From Ilumatobacteraceae bacterium (GTDB lineage: Bacteria; Actinomycetota; Acidimicrobiia; Acidimicrobiales; Iamiaceae), in NCBI GenBank assembly GCA_025463265.1, contig JAOBWH010000171.1, positions 114-64,113 on the forward strand: a stretch of 64,000 nt of DNA, given 5' to 3'. The notes beneath the pieces were generated by a model, which searched no databases, was not told the DNA's origin, and saw only the letters and a list, made by a program, of their open reading frames with translations. Shown here piece by piece: positions 36,644 through 44,679 of the stretch (position 1 is its first letter; every line of letters starts with the position of its first letter). Made by a program: the position numbers and the translations under genes.

Positions 36644-37183
36644 ATGACCCCTTCCCCCCGCCCCCTGCTCGTCGCGCTCGCGCTGGCCGCCTGCGTCCTC
36701 GTGGGCACCGCCGCGTGCGGCTCGGGCGACGGGGCCGGCACGGCGGCGGCCCAGGGCGGCGAGGTGGCGTCGGGGAGGGTCACGGTGGACGGCGCCACGA
36801 TCGACTGGCCGGCGAACCCGCGGGTCGCCGCGGTCCGGATGGTGGTCCGCAACGGGACCGGCACCCCCGACGTGCTCCGATCGGTGAGCAGCCCGGTCGC
36901 GGAGACGGTGACCGTGCACCGCACGGACACCGACGCGCAGGGCCGGTCGGTCATGACGGAGCAGGCCGAGCTGGCGATCCCGGCACGGTCATCCGTCACG
37001 TTTGAACCGGGCGGATTGCATGTGATGCTCACCGGGATCACCCGCGACCTGGAGGTCGGCGATGACGTCGAGCTCACCCTCACCTTCGAGCACGCCGGCG
37101 TCGTCGATGCGACCGCCGAGGTCGTGGAGCCGGGTGCCTCCGGCACGGGCGGCGACGGCAGCGGAGGAACCCATGACCACTGA
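36644..37183 (+). CDS. Copper chaperone PCu(A)C lipoprotein
   Basis: Lipobox LVGTAAC. Copper motif H-x11-M-x21-H-x-M (HRTDTDAQGRSVM...PGGLHVM). Confidence 0.8.
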   Translation: MTPSPRPLLVALALAACVLVGTAACGSGDGAGTAAAQGGEVASGRVTVDGATIDWPANPRVAAVRMVVRNGTGTPDVLRSVSSPVAETVTVHRTDTDAQGRSVMTEQAELAIPARSSVTFEPGGLHVMLTGITRDLEVGDDVELTLTFEHAGVVDATAEVVEPGASGTGGDGSGGTHDH

Positions 37184-37856
37184 CCCCGACGCCCTGACCC
37201 GCCGCCGCTTCCTCGGCGCCTCGGTGGCGGCGTCGGGCCTCGCCATCGCCGGCCTCGCAGGGTGCAGCTTCGGCCCGTCCAGCACGAAGGACCCGTCGAT
37301 CGAGACCGGCGAGCAGAAGCCGTGGGGCGGCGAGGTGGACGAGCAGGGCCTGGCCAAGCCGGACGTGACCTTCACCGACATGAACGGCGAGCCGTTCCCG
37401 TTCGTCGAGAAGACGAAGGGGAAGCTCGCCCTGCTGTTCTTCGGCTACACGAACTGCCCCGACGTGTGCCCGGTCACGCTCTCGTCGCTCAACCGGGCGC
37501 TCGACCAGATCGGCAACGGGCCCGGGTCGGACCCGATGGTGCTGTTCGTCGGGGTCGACATCGCCCGGGACACGCCCGAGCAGCTCCAGACCTACCTCGG
37601 CCGGATCAACCCGACCTTCCTCGGGCTCACCGGCACGGAGAAGGTCATCGCCGAGGCCAACCGCCAGGTGTTCAACGGGCCCATCGCCATCGAGGAGCCC
37701 GACGAGAACGGCGAGTACGCCGTGATCCACTCCAGCAAGGTGTTCGCCTACTCGCCGACCGACGACCTCGCCCACCGGTACTACCCGGGCAGCGACGTCC
37801 GCCCCCAGACCTGGGTGCAGGACCTGCCGCGCCTGGCGAAGGGGCGGTACACGTGA
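37173..37856 (+). CDS. SCO1/SenC-family copper chaperone / thiol-disulfide oxidoreductase (Tat signal)
   Basis: Twin-arginine signal TRRRFLGAS and lipobox-like LAGC. CPDVCP motif plus the downstream conserved His (VIHSS). 11-nt overlap with the PCuAC gene. Confidence 0.85.
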   Translation: MTTDPDALTRRRFLGASVAASGLAIAGLAGCSFGPSSTKDPSIETGEQKPWGGEVDEQGLAKPDVTFTDMNGEPFPFVEKTKGKLALLFFGYTNCPDVCPVTLSSLNRALDQIGNGPGSDPMVLFVGVDIARDTPEQLQTYLGRINPTFLGLTGTEKVIAEANRQVFNGPIAIEEPDENGEYAVIHSSKVFAYSPTDDLAHRYYPGSDVRPQTWVQDLPRLAKGRYT

Positions 37857-37869
37857 CCGGGCGACGCTC

Positions 37870-38772
37870 GTGAACTGGTGGTGCTCGTCGTCGGCCCGCA
37901 ACTGGACCTGGACGCCGAGGCCCTACCTGGGCGCCTGGGCGATCCTGCTCGGCGTCCTCGCCCTGGCGGCGTGGTGGCACTGGCGGGGCCGCCACCAGGA
38001 GCCCGAGCTCGACGCCCGCGAGGCGGCGGCGCTGGAGGCCGGCAGCGGCGCCTACCCCGGGTCGGGCGCCTCGCGCGCCCTCAGCTTCGCGTTCGGGATC
38101 ATCGGGCTGTGGGCGTGCCTGGACTGGCCCCTGGCGTCGCTCGGCGCCGGGTACCTGGCCACCGCCCAGATGATGCGCCAGGTGCTGATGGTGTTCGCCG
38201 TCGCCCCGCTGCTGCTCTACGCCTGCCCCGCCGGCCTGGCCGTGCGGGTCGTGGGCTGGGGCCGTCGCCTCACGGTGCTGCGGTGGTCCGCCCGGCCGCT
38301 CATCGCCATCCCGGTCGCTGCCGTGACCCTGCTCGCGGTCAACGCGCCGGCGATCCTCGATCCCCTGGTGTCCACCCCGTACGGCGCCTTCGCCATGGAC
38401 CTGGCGTGGGTCGTGGCCGGCTTCATCCTGTGGATGCCGGTCCAGTGCCCGCACCCCGGCGTCCACCGCCTCACCGGGGCCGTCGCGCTGGCCTACCTGA
38501 TCGTCCAGTCGGTGGTCCCGCTGCTGCCGGGCTTCTTCATGACCTGGGCCGACAACGCCATCTACTCCACCTACGACCTCGCTCCGCGGGTGTTCGCCGG
38601 GTTCGACGCCGTGGTCGACCAGCAGACCGCGGCGGCCATCCTCCAGGTCGGCGGCATGGTCTTCCTCTGGGTCCAGATCTCGTTCCGCTTCCTGCACTGG
38701 GGGTACCAGGAGCTGGAGAAGGATCGGGCGCCTCGCAAACCCATCACGGAGACCCGCGCGACCACCTCGTAG
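37870..38772 (+). CDS. Cytochrome c oxidase assembly factor CtaG-like membrane protein (Caa3_CtaG family)
   Basis: 300 aa with about 7 TM. The family call rests on general similarity and on context with PCuAC and SCO. Confidence 0.55.
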   Translation: MNWWCSSSARNWTWTPRPYLGAWAILLGVLALAAWWHWRGRHQEPELDAREAAALEAGSGAYPGSGASRALSFAFGIIGLWACLDWPLASLGAGYLATAQMMRQVLMVFAVAPLLLYACPAGLAVRVVGWGRRLTVLRWSARPLIAIPVAAVTLLAVNAPAILDPLVSTPYGAFAMDLAWVVAGFILWMPVQCPHPGVHRLTGAVALAYLIVQSVVPLLPGFFMTWADNAIYSTYDLAPRVFAGFDAVVDQQTAAAILQVGGMVFLWVQISFRFLHWGYQELEKDRAPRKPITETRATTS

Positions 38773-38782
38773 ATTCTCCGGG

Positions 38783-39469
38783 GTGTTCGTGAAGATCTGC
38801 GGCATCACCCGGGAGGACGACGCCCTGCTCGCTGTGGCGATGGGTGCCGACGCGCTCGGGTTCAACTTCGTCTCGGGCTCCCGCCGCCAGATCGCCCCGG
38901 TGCTGGCGCGCGACATCGCCCGGCGGCTGCCCCCAGAGATCCTCACGGTCGGCATCTTCCGCGACGAGGCGGCCTCGCGCGTGGTCGAGATCGTGAACAG
39001 CGCCGGTCTCCGGGCCGCCCAGCTCCACGGTCACGAGAGCGCGGAGTCCACCCGGTGGGTGCGCGAGCGGGTCCCGTACGTGGTCAAGGCGTTCGGGGCC
39101 GGCGATCCCAGCCTCGAGCACGCGGCGTCCTACGGCGCCGACGCCATCATGATCGACTCGCCGCAGCCCGGTTCGGGCGAGGTGTTCGACTGGACCCTCG
39201 CCGAGGGCCGGCCCGACGGCGTCAAGGTGATCCTCGCGGGCGGCCTGCACCCCGACAACGTCGCCGACGCCGTCCGCCGGGTGAAGCCGTGGGGCGTCGA
39301 CGTCGCCACCGGGGTCGAGGCCGAGCGTGGCGAGCCGGGCCAGAAGGACGCTCGCAAGGTCCGGCTGTTCATCGAGAACGCCCGCAAGGCCGCCCCGGTC
39401 ACCGACGAGTTCGGACCAGATCCGGAGTCGGGCGCTCCGTTCGACTGGATGCAGGACGGCTCGCCATGA
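38783..39469 (+). CDS. trpF: Phosphoribosylanthranilate isomerase
   Basis: VKICGIT..DDA, GFNF, QLHG, MIDS and ILAGGL..NV...V.P.GVDV.TGVE motifs. About 25-aa C-terminal extension. Confidence 0.85.
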   Translation: MFVKICGITREDDALLAVAMGADALGFNFVSGSRRQIAPVLARDIARRLPPEILTVGIFRDEAASRVVEIVNSAGLRAAQLHGHESAESTRWVRERVPYVVKAFGAGDPSLEHAASYGADAIMIDSPQPGSGEVFDWTLAEGRPDGVKVILAGGLHPDNVADAVRRVKPWGVDVATGVEAERGEPGQKDARKVRLFIENARKAAPVTDEFGPDPESGAPFDWMQDGSP

Positions 39470-39572
39470 GCCGGCGATGGCGGGACGGCTGAACCGGTGA
39501 CCGGGCGCACGCCCGTGCGCCGTCCCCTGCAGTTGTCCGTCCCCCTGTCCTGCTCCGTAACGTGAGGCACCC

Positions 39573-40766
39573 ATGACCTCCTCCCCGCCCGACTCGTCCT
39601 TCATGGGCGAGCCCGACGCCACCGGCCGCTTCGGCCGCTTCGGCGGCCGGTTCATCCCCGAGACCCTCATGCCCGCGTGCATCGAGCTCGACGCCGCCTT
39701 CCGCGACGCGTGGGCCGACGCCGCCTTCCGCGCCGAGCTCGACGAGCTGCTCAGCAGCTACGCCGGCCGCCCGTCGCCGCTCACCGAGTGCCACCGCCTG
39801 TCCGAGGAGATCGGCGTCCGCGTCCTCCTCAAGCGGGAGGACCTCAACCACACCGGCTCCCACAAGATCAACAACGTGCTCGGCCAGGCCCTGCTCACCA
39901 AGCGGATGGGCAAGACCCGCCTCGTCGCCGAGACCGGCGCCGGCCAGCACGGCGTCGCCACCGCCACCGCGGCGGCGCTGATGGGCTTCGAGTGCACCGT
40001 CTACATGGGCGAGGTCGACATGGAGCGCCAGAAGCTCAACGTCTTCCGCATGCGCCTGCTCGGTGCCGAGGTGAGGCCGGCGCTCTCGGGCAGCCGCACC
40101 CTCAAAGACGCCGTCAACGAGGCCATGCGGGATTGGGTGGCCACCGTCGAGACCTCGCACTACTGCCTCGGTTCGGTCATGGGCCCGCACCCGTACCCGT
40201 GGCTGGTGCGCGAGCTGCACCGGGTCATCGGCGACGAGGCCCGCCAGCAGACCCGGGCGCTGCTCGACGGCGCCGACCCCGATGTCGTCGTGGCCTGCGT
40301 CGGCGGCGGCTCCAACGCCGCGGGCATCTTCTCCGGCTTCGCCGACACGTCGGCTGCGCTCGTCGGTGTCGAGCCGGCTGGCGGTGCTGCGGTGGGCGCC
40401 GGCATCCCGGGTGTCGTGCACGGCATGCACTCGTACCTGATGCAGGACGAGTGGGGTCAGGTCGAGGAGGCCCATTCGATCTCCGCCGGCCTCGACTACC
40501 CGGGCGTCGGCCCCGAGCACGCCCACCTGTCCGACATCGGGAGGGCGCAGTACCACCCGGTCACCGACGACGAGGTCATCAACGCCTTCCAGGTGCTGAC
40601 CCGGACCGAGGGCATCATCCCGGCGCTCGAGCCCGCCCACGGGCTGGCCTGGATCCTGCGGGAGGCGCCCTCGATGCAGGGCCACACCGTGCTGCTCAAC
40701 CTGTCGGGCCGGGGGGACAAGGACGTCGCCCAGATGATGGACATCCTCGAAGGCGAGCGCTCGTGA
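39573..40766 (+). CDS. trpB: Tryptophan synthase beta chain
   Basis: [29 protein letters not shown] (PLP Lys) and GGGSNAAG. Confidence 0.95.
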   Translation: MTSSPPDSSFMGEPDATGRFGRFGGRFIPETLMPACIELDAAFRDAWADAAFRAELDELLSSYAGRPSPLTECHRLSEEIGVRVLLKREDLNHTGSHKINNVLGQALLTKRMGKTRLVAETGAGQHGVATATAAALMGFECTVYMGEVDMERQKLNVFRMRLLGAEVRPALSGSRTLKDAVNEAMRDWVATVETSHYCLGSVMGPHPYPWLVRELHRVIGDEARQQTRALLDGADPDVVVACVGGGSNAAGIFSGFADTSAALVGVEPAGGAAVGAGIPGVVHGMHSYLMQDEWGQVEEAHSISAGLDYPGVGPEHAHLSDIGRAQYHPVTDDEVINAFQVLTRTEGIIPALEPAHGLAWILREAPSMQGHTVLLNLSGRGDKDVAQMMDILEGERS

Positions 40767-41599
40767 GCGAGCTCGGCCCCGTCAGCTCGGTCGCGGTCAG
40801 CCCCATCGCGGTCAGCCCCACCGCAGTCAGCCCGATGGAGGCCGAGCTCCGCGCGCTGCGGGCCAGCGGCCGGAAGCTGCTCGTGCCCTACCTCACGGGT
40901 GGGCTCGGGCCCTGGACCGAGCACCTGCGGGCGATGGCCGACGCCGGCGCCGACGTGATCGAGGTCGGCATCCCGTTCTCCGATCCGGCCATGGACGGAC
41001 CGGTCATCCAGCAGGCCTCGGAGCTGGCGCTGCGCAGCGGCACCACCCCCGGGTCGGTCCTCGCCGACCTGCGGGGCGTCGACGCAGGCGTGCCGCTCGT
41101 GGCCATGACGTACTACAACCTCGTCTTCCACATGGGCGACGAGCGCATGGCCGGCGAGCTGGCCGAGGCGGGTGTGTCCGGGGTCGTCCTGCCCGACGTG
41201 CCGATGGAGGAGCAGGGCCCGTGGCGGGCCGCCGCGGACCCGGCCGGCATCGACACCGTGCTGATGGCGGGGCCCATCACCCCCGACGACCGCCTCGCCC
41301 GCGTCTGCGAGCAGAGCCGCGGCTACATCTACGGCGTCAACCTCATGGGCATCACCGGCGAGCGGGCCTCGCTGGGCGAGCAGGGCGCGGTGCTGGCCCG
41401 GCGCATCAAGGCCCTGACCGACAAGCCCGTCCTCATGGGCTTCGGCGTCAGCACGCCCGAACAGGCGGTGGAGGTGTCGGCCGAGGCCGACGGCGCCATC
41501 GTCGGCACCGCCGTCGTCCGCCGCATCCTCGACGGCGAGACCCCCGAGCAGCTCCACGCCTTCATCGCCAGCCTTCGCAAGGCCCTCGACGCGGGGTAG
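40763..41599 (+). CDS. trpA: Tryptophan synthase alpha chain
   Basis: [26 protein letters not shown] and [13 protein letters not shown] 40763 overlaps the trpB stop. Alternative start at ATG 40835, after the tandem repeat. Confidence 0.88.
   Translation: MSELGPVSSVAVSPIAVSPTAVSPMEAELRALRASGRKLLVPYLTGGLGPWTEHLRAMADAGADVIEVGIPFSDPAMDGPVIQQASELALRSGTTPGSVLADLRGVDAGVPLVAMTYYNLVFHMGDERMAGELAEAGVSGVVLPDVPMEEQGPWRAAADPAGIDTVLMAGPITPDDRLARVCEQSRGYIYGVNLMGITGERASLGEQGAVLARRIKALTDKPVLMGFGVSTPEQAVEVSAEADGAIVGTAVVRRILDGETPEQLHAFIASLRKALDAG
40781..40834 (+). repeat. 15-bp tandem repeat (about 3.6 copies) encoding (V-S-P/S-x-A)n at the trpB/trpA junction
   Basis: gtcagctcggtcgcg / gtcagccccatcgcg / gtcagccccaccgca / gtcagcccg, read directly. 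Confidence 0.9.
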
Positions 41600-41600
41600 A

Positions 41601-42074
41601 TCAGGGCTCGCTCCAGAAGGCGCCGGCGACGACCCAGTTCCCGCCGCGCTTCTCGAGGTCGATCTGGATGGTGCCGTTGGCGCCGCGGAACAAGCAGCCC
41701 GACGTGTCGAACTCGCCGGTGGAGCAGCTGTTGTAGAGCGAGTAGTCGCCCTTGGCGGCGGGCCAGATGTTGTCGATGGCGGCCTGGTCGGCCACGGTCG
41801 CGGCGCTGACCCGGTCGTCGGCCACCCAGGCGTCGTAGAGCTTGGTAGCGGCGGCCTCCTGGTCGGGGAGACCGGTGGGCGCAGCGGGCGCCGCCGTGGT
41901 GGCGGCACCCGTGGTGGTGACGGCCCCGGTGGTGGTCGTGGCCTTTACGACCGCCGTGGTGGTGCCCTTGGCGGCGTCGCTGCCGCCCGAGGAGCAGGCG
42001 GGGGCGAGGATGCCGATGGCCGCAGCGATCAAGGTGGCGGCCACGGCACGGGTGCTGGGTCGGGCGAACGTCAT
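41601..42074 (-). CDS. Lipoprotein, unknown function (Thr/Ala-rich linker plus ~90-aa Cys-containing domain)
   Basis: Lipobox ILAPAC. Low-complexity T/A linker. Conserved-looking C-terminal domain with 2 Cys. Confidence 0.65.
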   Translation of the reverse strand: MTFARPSTRAVAATLIAAAIGILAPACSSGGSDAAKGTTTAVVKATTTTGAVTTTGAATTAAPAAPTGLPDQEAAATKLYDAWVADDRVSAATVADQAAIDNIWPAAKGDYSLYNSCSTGEFDTSGCLFRGANGTIQIDLEKRGGNWVVAGAFWSEP

Positions 42075-42122
42075 GGTCGGCCACCGTACCGGCCGACCTC
42101 CCGCCGGCCCGGGCGCGCCCGA

Positions 42123-42791
42123 TCAGGTCTGGTGGTCGAGGTTGCGGTGGAGGAACTCGATGGTGCGCTCCCAGGCCAGGTCGTCGGCGGCGGGGACGTG
42201 GGCGGCGGCGCGGTCGGACTCGGCGAACCAGTGGCCGGTGCCGGGGTAGCGGTGGAACTCCACGGGGTGCCCGCAGAGGCGCAGCTGGGCCTCGAGGTAG
42301 TTGACGCTGTCCTCGGACTCGAACTCGTCGATCTCGGCGAAGTGGCCCTGGAACGCGGCTCGTGCCGGGGAGAAGTCGATGTCCTGGCTGCCGTAGTAGC
42401 CGGTGACCGCGGCCACATCGTCGGGGAAGCGGGTGGCCGCCCAGAAGGCCCACGATGCGCCCATCGAGTACCCGAGGACACCGATGCGGCCGTCGGGCGT
42501 GGCGGGCATGCCCCGCAGCGCCGACATCGACGAGACGACCAGGCTGGCCGTGCGGTTGGGGTCGGTGCTGGCCAGCAGGGCCTCGGCCTCGTCGGGGGTG
42601 TCGGCGGTCTGTCCGCCGCCGTGGAGATCGGGGGCGAGGGCGACGAACCCGGCGTCCGCCAACCGGTCGCAGACCGTGTGGAAGAAGGGGGTGAGCCCCC
42701 ACCACGCGTGGAGCACCAGCACGCCGGGACCAGCGCCCGAGTCCGGCACCACCACGTACCCCTGACCTGCAGAACCGGATCCGTCGGACAT
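42123..42791 (-). CDS. Dienelactone hydrolase family protein
   Basis: GVLVLHAWWGL, GYSMGA nucleophile elbow and a C-terminal GTGHWF. Confidence 0.8.
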   Translation of the reverse strand: MSDGSGSAGQGYVVVPDSGAGPGVLVLHAWWGLTPFFHTVCDRLADAGFVALAPDLHGGGQTADTPDEAEALLASTDPNRTASLVVSSMSALRGMPATPDGRIGVLGYSMGASWAFWAATRFPDDVAAVTGYYGSQDIDFSPARAAFQGHFAEIDEFESEDSVNYLEAQLRLCGHPVEFHRYPGTGHWFAESDRAAAHVPAADDLAWERTIEFLHRNLDHQT

Positions 42792-42849
42792 GGCGACGAC
42801 GGTAGCGGGCGCCCCCTTCAGGGAGGTCGGGGCGGCGCGCCCTCCTACG

Positions 42850-43188
42850 ATGGGCGCCGTGACGGAGGTTCGAGCGTTCGATGACGGGTGCCCGCTGTGC
42901 GAAGCGGCGAAGATCACGCCCTGGCACCACGAGGACGACGTGTGCTGGATCGCCGACTGCGAGATCTGCGCCACGCCGATGGTGGTGTGGCGCGGCCACG
43001 GCACCGAGCCGCCCGAGGACGAGCGCGGCCACATGATGGCGCAGCTCGTGCGGGTCGCCCAGACCAACCTCGGCGCCCACTGGATCGACGGCACCATGCG
43101 CAACATCCCGAACCACTTCCACGCCCACGCTCGTCCCGAGGGCGGGTTCTTCGGCCCCGGCGGCGGTCCCGGCCGCGTCGTCGGATGA
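42850..43188 (+). CDS. HIT-like (histidine triad) small protein
   Basis: N-terminal CPLC, as in the Hint CxxC motif. C-terminal H-F-H-A-H triad (IPNHFHAHARP). Start is uncertain (42790 or 42850). Confidence 0.5.
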   Translation: MGAVTEVRAFDDGCPLCEAAKITPWHHEDDVCWIADCEICATPMVVWRGHGTEPPEDERGHMMAQLVRVAQTNLGAHWIDGTMRNIPNHFHAHARPEGGFFGPGGGPGRVVG

Positions 43189-43547
43189 GCGAGGAGCCCC
43201 GGCCCACGCCGCGCCCGCGTCGCCCGGCCGATCCCGGTGAGGCCGCTGCGGCGGAGCGAGCAGCACCGGTTCGCCCGTCGCGGCCTTCGAGTGCGTCCCG
43301 CGGCCGGTCTCGTCCGGCGGGCCGCCGCCGATCGTCGAGCGCCGGTCGCGGCCCGGCGCTGCGGACCGAGGCGGAGGCCGATGCGCTCAAGCGCGCCGGG
43401 CTGATCATCGCCGTCGGCGTCGTGGCCATCGTCGTGCTCGTGGGCGTGGTCCTGGACCAGCCGGCCGCGGCCGTGGGCGGCTCCATCGGCTGGGTGATCG
43501 CCATGGCGTGGACGTTCCGCAAGGACCACCCGGGCCGTGCCGCATGA
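43185..43547 (+). CDS. Small membrane protein (R/P/S-rich N-terminus, 2 TM), hypothetical
   Basis: ATGA start/stop coupling at both ends (43185-43188 and 43544-43547). The hydrophobic C-terminal half has good GC3. Confidence 0.5.
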   Translation: MSEEPRPTPRPRRPADPGEAAAAERAAPVRPSRPSSASRGRSRPAGRRRSSSAGRGPALRTEAEADALKRAGLIIAVGVVAIVVLVGVVLDQPAAAVGGSIGWVIAMAWTFRKDHPGRAA

Positions 43548-43957
43548 GCGACTCCGGCGATGCACCTGAGGTCAACGTGTTCGAGGCGGTCGGCGGACTG
43601 CCGTGGTTCGTGGCGCTGGTCGAGCGGTTCTACGCGGCGGTCGCCGTCGATCCGGTGCTGCGTCCCCTGTACCCCGAGGACCTCTCCGGACCGATCGAGC
43701 ACACCGCCGGCTTCCTCGCCCAGTACTGGGGCGGTGGGTCAGCGATGTACTCCGATGGTCGCGGCCACCCTCGCCTGCGCATGCGCCACGCCCCGTTCGT
43801 CATCGGGACCGCGGAGCGCGACGCCTGGCTCGGGCACATGGTCGACGCGGTGCGGACCGGCGGCCTCGCACCGGACATCGAGGAGCGGATGATCGCCTAC
43901 TTCGAGATGGCCAGCACCCACATGATCAACGACAGCCCGCTGGGCCTGCGTCCCTGA
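43544..43957 (+). CDS. glbO: Group II truncated hemoglobin
   Basis: FLAQYWGGGSAMYSDGRGHPRLRMRHAPFVIGTAERDAWL closely resembles, as I recall it, the mycobacterial GlbO core. Confidence 0.88.
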   Translation: MSDSGDAPEVNVFEAVGGLPWFVALVERFYAAVAVDPVLRPLYPEDLSGPIEHTAGFLAQYWGGGSAMYSDGRGHPRLRMRHAPFVIGTAERDAWLGHMVDAVRTGGLAPDIEERMIAYFEMASTHMINDSPLGLRP

Positions 43958-44013
43958 ACCCGCCCCGCTCCTGGCCCGTCCACGCCCCGCGATCGAGCCG
44001 GTACGGTGAGCGC

Positions 44014-44478
44014 ATGGCTGATGCTCCCGCTGCTGGTGACCGCGCTCCCGCCTTCAACCTGAACGACCAGAACGGGGCCAAGCTCCGGTTGTCGTCGTAT
44101 AAGGGGCGCAAGGTGCTCGTGTACTTCTACCCGAAGGCCGACACGCCCGGCTGCACCACCCAGTCGTGCGAGCTGAGCGCCATCAAGGACGACATCGGCG
44201 ACACCGTGATCATCGGCATCAGCCCCGACCAGCCCGAGAAGCTGAAGAAGTTCGACGAGAAGCACCAGCTCGGCTTCACGCTCCTGTCGGACCCCGAGCA
44301 CGACACCGCCGAGAAGTACGGCGTCTGGGGCGAGAAGGTCAACTACGGCAAGCGCTACATGGGCATCATCCGCTCGGCGTTCCTCATCGACGAGAAGGGC
44401 AAGGTCAGCCACTCGTGGCCGAAGATCAGCCCCAAGGACACCCCCAAGAAGCTCCTCCAGGCCCTCGCCGGCGACTGA
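44014..44478 (+). CDS. bcp: Thioredoxin-dependent thiol peroxidase (Bcp peroxiredoxin)
   Basis: YFYPKADTPGCTTQSC active site; AhpC/TSA fold length. Confidence 0.9.
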   Translation: MADAPAAGDRAPAFNLNDQNGAKLRLSSYKGRKVLVYFYPKADTPGCTTQSCELSAIKDDIGDTVIIGISPDQPEKLKKFDEKHQLGFTLLSDPEHDTAEKYGVWGEKVNYGKRYMGIIRSAFLIDEKGKVSHSWPKISPKDTPKKLLQALAGD

Positions 44479-44557
44479 TCCTCCCGGCGGGCCGGCCGAT
44501 CACCGTGGCGGGCGGTCCAGGGTCGCCGCCTACACTCGATCCTCGCAGCACCACCTT

Positions 44558-44641
44558 GCCCGGGTGGCGGAATAGGCAGACGCGGAGGACTCAAAATCCT
44601 TTGCCCTCACGGGCGTGCGGGTTCGATTCCCGCCCCGGGCA
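44558..44641 (+). tRNA. tRNA-Leu (anticodon CAA)
   Basis: Manual fold: acceptor GCCCGGG/CCCGGGC plus discriminator A. Anticodon stem GAGGA/UCCUU with loop CUCAAAA. Long variable arm. T-loop GGGUUCGAUUCCC. CCA is not encoded. Confidence 0.9.
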
Positions 44642-44679
44642 CGCAGGCGGCACCTCGATGGGCATCCGCCTCGGCTGAC

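Noticed and set aside
39469-39573. Hairpin ggcgcacg/cgtgcgcc in the trpF-trpB spacer as a trp attenuator
   Set aside because: No leader peptide with Trp codons, no U-tract and no alternative pairing visible. Too weak to call.
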